DNA of 64,000 nucleotides from contig CBDFLJ010000001.1 of the NCBI GenBank assembly GCA_965248835.1, forward strand, positions 160,001 through 224,000, read 5' to 3'. The notes under the pieces are model-generated. The model saw nothing but the letters and a program-made list of their open reading frames with translations, ran no database searches and had not been told where the DNA came from. Numbering within the stretch: the stretch's first letter is position 1; each line of letters opens with the position of its first letter. The position numbers and the translations under genes were made by a program. This DNA is from Alphaproteobacteria bacterium (GTDB lineage Bacteria; Pseudomonadota; Alphaproteobacteria; MPNO01). Shown piece after piece: positions 58,519 to 64,000 of the stretch.

Positions 58519-60864
58519 TTGGCCGACGCATTCAGCCGTCACCGATCAGCACAATTCACTGGCCGCCTGGAGGACAGCAGGCTGCTGCGGGGGCGTGGCC
58601 AGTTCATCGACGATCTTGGTTTCGCCGGCGAGCTTCACGGCGTCGTCGTTCGCTCAACCCAACCTTCGGCAGGTTTGCACCGGCTGGACATGACGGCGGC
58701 GCTGCGCGTTGAAAGCGTAGTGGGGATTGTTACCGGGGATGACTTAGCCAACGACGGTGTCGGCGATCTGCCGTTCATGAGCACTATTGACGCGCCTGAG
58801 GGCGGGCCGGTCCGCACCCTGGCCATGCCCCTCCTGGCCTGCGGGGTCGTGCGATATGTCGGCGAGCCGGTCGCTTTCGTGGTGGCCGAGAGTTTGTCGG
58901 CGGCGCAAGAGGCCGCCGATCGCGTCGTCATCGACTATGCGCCGCAGGATTACGTGACTGACGTACTGGCGGCCGCTGAGGCCGGTGCGCCACTTGTGCA
59001 GAAAGGCGGCGGCAATGTCGTGGGCGAGCTGCGCTTGGGCGATCCGGCAGCGTGCCGCGCTGCCCTTGCCGGGACAAGGCATCACTTCGGCCTCCGGCTT
59101 CGGAATAACAGGCTCGTTCCCCACGCTATGGAGCCGCGCGCCGCGATCGGGCTTTACGATGCGACCAGCGCGACCTGGACATTGCATTGCGCCAACCAGG
59201 CGCCGCACCATGGTCGGGCACTCCTTGCCGATGCCGTCTTCGGTGTTCCCAGAGAGCGGATCAGGGTCAAGGTCGGCGATATCGGCGGTGCGTTCGGCGG
59301 CAGGGTGACCCCCTATCCGGAGGATGGTCTGGTACTCTACGCGGCGCGGCGTTTTGGGCGGCCGGTCCGCTGGCGCGCCGAGCGCTCCGAGAGCTTCCTG
59401 GCGGATTATCACGCACGCGATCACGCCACCGAAATTGAGATTGGTTTCGACGATGAGCTCAGAATTGTGGCCTTGCGCATTGTCGATCACGCCAACCTTG
59501 GGGCTTATGCCACGCCGTTCGGCATTCCGATCGCGACGACGACCGGCAACCGGATCGCCACCGGCGCCTACCGCGTGCCCGTCGCCGACATCACGGTGAA
59601 AACCGTGCTGACCAACACGACGCCCACCGGGCCATATCGCGGCGCGGGCCGGCCGGAAGCGATTCACCGGATTGAGCGGATCCTGGACTTCGCCGCCTCG
59701 CGGCTTGGCGTCGACCCGGTCGAGCTGCGCAGGCGCAACCTGGTGCGAAGGTGTGAGCTGCCTTATCGTGTCCTCTCCGGTCTTGCCTATGACAGCGGCG
59801 ACTTTCCGCGCCTGCTCAAGCGGGCCTTGGCCGTTGCAGAGTGGGATGGTTTTGAGGCGCGCCGTGACGGCTCGCGGAAGAGGCACCGACTGCGCGGCCG
59901 GGGCCTTGCCTACCATATCGATTCGACAAGCGGGCTGTCGCCGAAGGAAACCGTGGAAGCGGTAGCGATGCCCGACGGCCGTGTGCGCCTGTATTCCGCC
60001 ACCCAAGACATGGGCCAGGGCCTGAAAAGCAGCTATGCGCAGATTGCCCGCATAATCTTCGGGTTATCCCTTGAAGCTATCGACATCGTGCAGGGCGATA
60101 CCGCGGTGACTCCTGAAGGGACGGGGAGTTACGGATCCCGCTCGCTCTACACCGGTGGAGCCGCGGTGGCCGTGGCATGCGAGGCTCTCGTTGAATGCCT
60201 GAAGACACTGGCCGGCAAGCGGCTCGAGGCCTCCCCGGAGGACATTGTGTTCGCCGATGCGAAGCTGACGATCGTCGGCACCGACCGGCACATCACAATG
60301 CGTGCGCTGGTCGCGGCGGAGCCCAACCGGGAGGTGCGGGCAATGGGAGAGGCTGAGGCGCCGTTCTGCTTTCCCAACGGGTGTTATGTCTGCGAGGTCG
60401 AGATCGACCCGGAGACCGGCAAGATTCGGATCGACCGCTTTCACGGCGTAGACGATGTGGGCCGGGTCATCAATGCGCCAATCGTGCACGGACAAACCCA
60501 CGGCGGCTTGGCCCAAGGCATAGGTCAGGCCATGTTCGAGGAAATCCGCTACGACCCGCGGAGCGGCCAGCTCTTGACCGGCTCGTTAATGGACTACGCT
60601 TTGCCCCGCGCGAGCGACCTCCTGGAATTCGAGACCCTGTTGGACGAGGAGGAAGCAACCGCGACCAACATTCTAGGGGTCAAGGGCGCAGGGGAAAGCG
60701 GCGCGGTTGGCGCGCCGCCGGCGGTGGCCTCGGCGATCCTGGATGCGCTGTGCCCGTATGGAATCGAGCATCTCGACATGCCGATCACGCCGGAGCGTGT
60801 CTGGCGAGCTCTACGCGACGAAAAATGGGCGGGAAGACGAGAGAAAGCGGCCGACCGCAGATAG
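58519..60864 (+). CDS. xanthine dehydrogenase / CoxL-family molybdopterin-binding large subunit
   Basis: IGGAFG, PYRGAGRPE, GQG, GSRS, GQTHGG.AQG.G and KGAGE. Confidence 0.9.
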   Translation: MADAFSRHRSAQFTGRLEDSRLLRGRGQFIDDLGFAGELHGVVVRSTQPSAGLHRLDMTAALRVESVVGIVTGDDLANDGVGDLPFMSTIDAPEGGPVRTLAMPLLACGVVRYVGEPVAFVVAESLSAAQEAADRVVIDYAPQDYVTDVLAAAEAGAPLVQKGGGNVVGELRLGDPAACRAALAGTRHHFGLRLRNNRLVPHAMEPRAAIGLYDATSATWTLHCANQAPHHGRALLADAVFGVPRERIRVKVGDIGGAFGGRVTPYPEDGLVLYAARRFGRPVRWRAERSESFLADYHARDHATEIEIGFDDELRIVALRIVDHANLGAYATPFGIPIATTTGNRIATGAYRVPVADITVKTVLTNTTPTGPYRGAGRPEAIHRIERILDFAASRLGVDPVELRRRNLVRRCELPYRVLSGLAYDSGDFPRLLKRALAVAEWDGFEARRDGSRKRHRLRGRGLAYHIDSTSGLSPKETVEAVAMPDGRVRLYSATQDMGQGLKSSYAQIARIIFGLSLEAIDIVQGDTAVTPEGTGSYGSRSLYTGGAAVAVACEALVECLKTLAGKRLEASPEDIVFADAKLTIVGTDRHITMRALVAAEPNREVRAMGEAEAPFCFPNGCYVCEVEIDPETGKIRIDRFHGVDDVGRVINAPIVHGQTHGGLAQGIGQAMFEEIRYDPRSGQLLTGSLMDYALPRASDLLEFETLLDEEEATATNILGVKGAGESGAVGAPPAVASAILDALCPYGIEHLDMPITPERVWRALRDEKWAGRREKAADRR

Positions 60865-60945
60865 GTCTCTTGCTGTCCCTCCCATTTATCTCCTCTGCCT
60901 TAGAAACCTTGGAATTTCGTATCACCACCGGATACCTTTTCCGGC

Positions 60946-61974
60946 ATGCACAAAATCATCAGTGTCCTCATCTCCGTCTTCCGCGAAATCGTCCTTGGCC
61001 GCGCAGCGCTTCATACAGAAATCCTTGCCCTCCGCCAGCAGGTGGCTGTCCTGAAACGGAAAAAGCCCCGGCCATCGCTTCGGAAGGCAGATAGGGTTGT
61101 CTGGGTCATCCTGTCTTACCTATGGCCTGGCTGGCGCCACTCCCTGGTAATCGTCAGGCCCGAGACCGTCATCGGTTGGCACCGCAAGGGGTTCAGGCTT
61201 TTCCGGACATGGAAGTCGCGGCGGGGAAAGCCAGGCCGGCCACCGGTGTCGAGGGAGATCCGCGATCTGGTCCGACGGATGTCGCGGGAGAACACACGGT
61301 GGGGCGCACCTCGGATCCATGGCGAGCTTTTGAAGCTTGGCTTTTCCATCTCCCAGGCCGCCGTCTCGAAATACATGGTCCGTTACCCCTCGCCGCCCTC
61401 GCAGGTGTGGCGGACATTCCTTACAAATCACGCCGATTGCCTGGCGTCGATCGACTTTTTCGTGGTCCCCACGGCCACGTTCCGCCTCCTGTTCGGGTTC
61501 ATCGTGCTCCACCACGAGCGCCGCCAGATCGTGCATTTCGGTGTAACGGCGAACCCGACGATGGCGTGGGTCGCACAGCAGATCCGAGAGGCATTCCCGT
61601 GGGAAACAACACCCCGATACCTGCTCCGCGATCGAGATCCCGTATACGGGGTCGAGTTCCGGGACCACGTATTGTCGATGGGCATCGAAGAGGTTGTCAC
61701 GGCGCCACGATCACCATGGCAAAACCCTTATGTTGAACCTGTGATCGGCACCCTTCGACGGGAATGCCTGGACCACGTAATCATCCTAAACGAGCGGCAT
61801 TTGCAGCGCATTCTTGGCTCATACCTCGACTATTATCACGGTTCGAGAACCCACTTGTCGCTCGGCAAGGACAACCCGTATGGACGATCCGTTCAGCCGG
61901 CCAGTCCCGGAAAGGTTGTTTCCCTGCCCAAGGTCGGTGGCCTGCATCATCGTTACGAGCGTCTCGCGGCCTGA
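60946..61974 (+). mobile_element. integrase-core (rve) transposase, IS481-like
   Basis: WGAPRIHGELLKLG, IDFF, RDRD, SPWQN and RRECLDH. Confidence 0.85.
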
Positions 61975-62117
61975 CTATCTCCGCTGGGCTTCGATCAATT
62001 TCTCTCTGCGGCAACATGGACGCTGCCAGAATCCGCATGCCCTTGCACAGTGTTCGCTGGCACGAACCGGAAAAATGAACATGGTGATGCTGGCTCGTGG
62101 TCGATTGCAAAATCCAC

Positions 62118-63258
62118 TAGTGGATAAAATCTAACAGACGATTCCCTTGTCCGAGCGTATGTGCGAGTCTGCGGGCATGCGCACAGGGATTACCTTCGAG
62201 GTTTGCGTCGCCGACCGTGCTCGTCTGGAAGCGGTCGTGGCGGACAGGAACAGCCCGCAGAAGCATGTCTGGCGGGCCGGGATCATTTTGGCCACGGCTG
62301 CCGGCGCGGGGACGGTCGAGATCATGCGCCGGACCGGGAAGTCGAAGCCTTGCGTCTGGCGGTGGCAGGAACGGTTCATGGCCGAGGGCGTCGATGGCCT
62401 GCTGCGGGACAAGACCCGGCCTTCGCGTATTCCGCCGCTCGAACCCGGTGTCGCCTTGCGCATCGTCGATCTGACCCTGACCGATCCGCCCGCCGAGGCG
62501 ACCCACTGGACGGCCGCCATGATGGCCGGGAAGCTCGGCGTTTCCGTCTCTTCCGTGCAACGCATTTGGCGCGCCCACGGGCTCCAGCCTCATCGGGTGC
62601 GCCAGTTCAAGCTCTCCAAAGACGCCAACTTCGCCGACAAGCTGCGCGACGTTGTCGGGCTCTATGTCGACCCGCCCGCCCATGCCATCGTGCTCAGTGT
62701 CGACGAAAAGAGCCAGATCCAGGCCCTCGATCGCACGCAGCCCGGCCTGCCGCTAAAGAAGGGCCGCGCCGGAACGATGACCCACGATTACAAGCGGCAT
62801 GGCACGACCACGCTGTTCGCCGCCCTGAACGTCCTCGACGGCACGGTCATCGGCCGCAACATGCAGCGTCATCGCCATCAAGAATTCATCCGCTTCCTCA
62901 ACACGGTCGAGGCCGGAACGCCCGCCGGCACGGTCATCCATGCCATTCTCGACAACTACGCCGTCCACAAGCACCCCAAGGTCCGACGCTGGCTCGACCG
63001 TCATCCGCGCTGGACCTTTCACTTCACACCGACTTCCTGTTCCTGGCTCAACGCCGTGGAAGGCTTCTTCGCAAAACTCGCCAAGCGCCGGCTCAAACGC
63101 GGCGTCTTCCACTCCGTCGTTGACCTTCAAGCCGCCATCAACCGTTTCGTCGCCGAGCATAACGCCAGCGAGGCCAAGCCATTTCGCTGGACCGCGGACC
63201 CGGACAAAATCATCTCCGCCGTCAAACGCGGGCATCAAGCGTTAGATTCCATCCACTA
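62118..63258 (+). mobile_element. IS630-family element (transposase 62177-63259)
   Basis: IRs TAGTGGATAAAATCTAAC / TAGTGGATGGAATCTAAC; VDEKSQIQALDR, DNY and SWLNAVE. Confidence 0.92.
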
Positions 63259-64000
63259 GTCACCCGAATCTAAAGTTGGTGGCATAAGTTTTGATCGACG
63301 CGGAGGCAGAAGCGTTTGACGGCGGCGAGGATGTCGTCGGCTGATTTGGTCCATTTGAAGGGCTTGGGGTCTTCGTTGTGTTTTTCGATGAAGGCGCGGA
63401 TGTCGGCTTCGAGCTGCTTCGTCGAGGTATGAACGCCGCGTCGCAGTTGCTTGCGCGTCAATTCGGCGAACCAGCGCTCGACCTGGTTGATCCAGGAGGC
63501 CGAGGTCGGCGTGAAGTGGACATGATAGTGCGGCCGCCGCGCCAGCCAGGCTCTGATCGCGGCGGTCTTGTGGGTGGCGTAGTTGTCCATGACGATGTGG
63601 ATGTCGAGATCCTCGGGGACGCGGGCGTCGATCTGCTTCAGAAAGTCGAGGAACTCCCTGGCCCGGTGGCGCCTGTAGCACTTGCCGATGACGAAGCCCG
63701 TGGCGACATCGAGGGCGGCGAACAGCGAGGTCGTCCCGTGCCGGACGTAATTGTACGTCCGCCGCTCGGCCATGCCCGGCATCATCGGCAACACCGGCTG
63801 TTCGCGGTCGAGGGCCTGGATCTGGCTCTTTTCATCGACACAGAGCACCAGCGCGCGGTCCGGCGGCGACAGATAGAGCCCGACGATGTCGCGGACCTTG
63901 TCGACGAACAGCGGATCGCTCGACAGTTTGAAGGTCTGCGAGCGGTGCGGCTGCAACCCGAAGGCCGTCCAGATGCGCCGGATCGTCGTGTGCGACAGCC
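63257..64000 (-). mobile_element. second IS630-family element (partial), abutting the first at a TA
   Basis: VDEKSQIQALDR, DNYATH and SWINQVERWF. Confidence 0.9.

Overview
The window has two halves. Bases 1 to ~25,630 are high-GC, densely coding, alphaproteobacterial-type chromosome. They carry a 4-chlorobenzoate-CoA-ligase-like gene, CCA/Nudix/DUF1285 genes, a MoxR-DUF58-BatA/DUF4159 operon, a TetR-linked divergent PaaABCD-like diiron epoxidase cluster, a RidA/amidohydrolase/P450/BisC-like/flavodoxin operon, coq7, dsbB, a DedA gene and a polysaccharide deacetylase. From ~25,640 to the end lies a visibly lower-GC composite island. It is punctuated by three tRNA-fMet 3'-end (att-like) copies and one tRNA-Pro 3' copy, and contains many IS elements (IS5 x2, IS3, IS21 remnants, IS6, IS481-like, IS630 x2), gene fragments and a group II intron 5' remnant. 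The standout is a candidate defence locus at 36,840-49,436. It has three DndFGH/DptFGH-like genes, but the 1833-aa DptH-like protein ends in a complete RuvB-type AAA+ motor rather than a HerA/FtsK ATPase. These genes are coupled to a Mig-like short HhH-GPD glycosylase and a convergent C5-cytosine methyltransferase with an RHH regulator, and no phosphorothioation genes are present in the window. A second candidate defence gene, an SF2 helicase-nuclease of about 1120 aa, is also present. Both candidate defence loci are interrupted by IS5-family elements with clean target duplications. All family calls come from motif recognition by eye; no database search was run.
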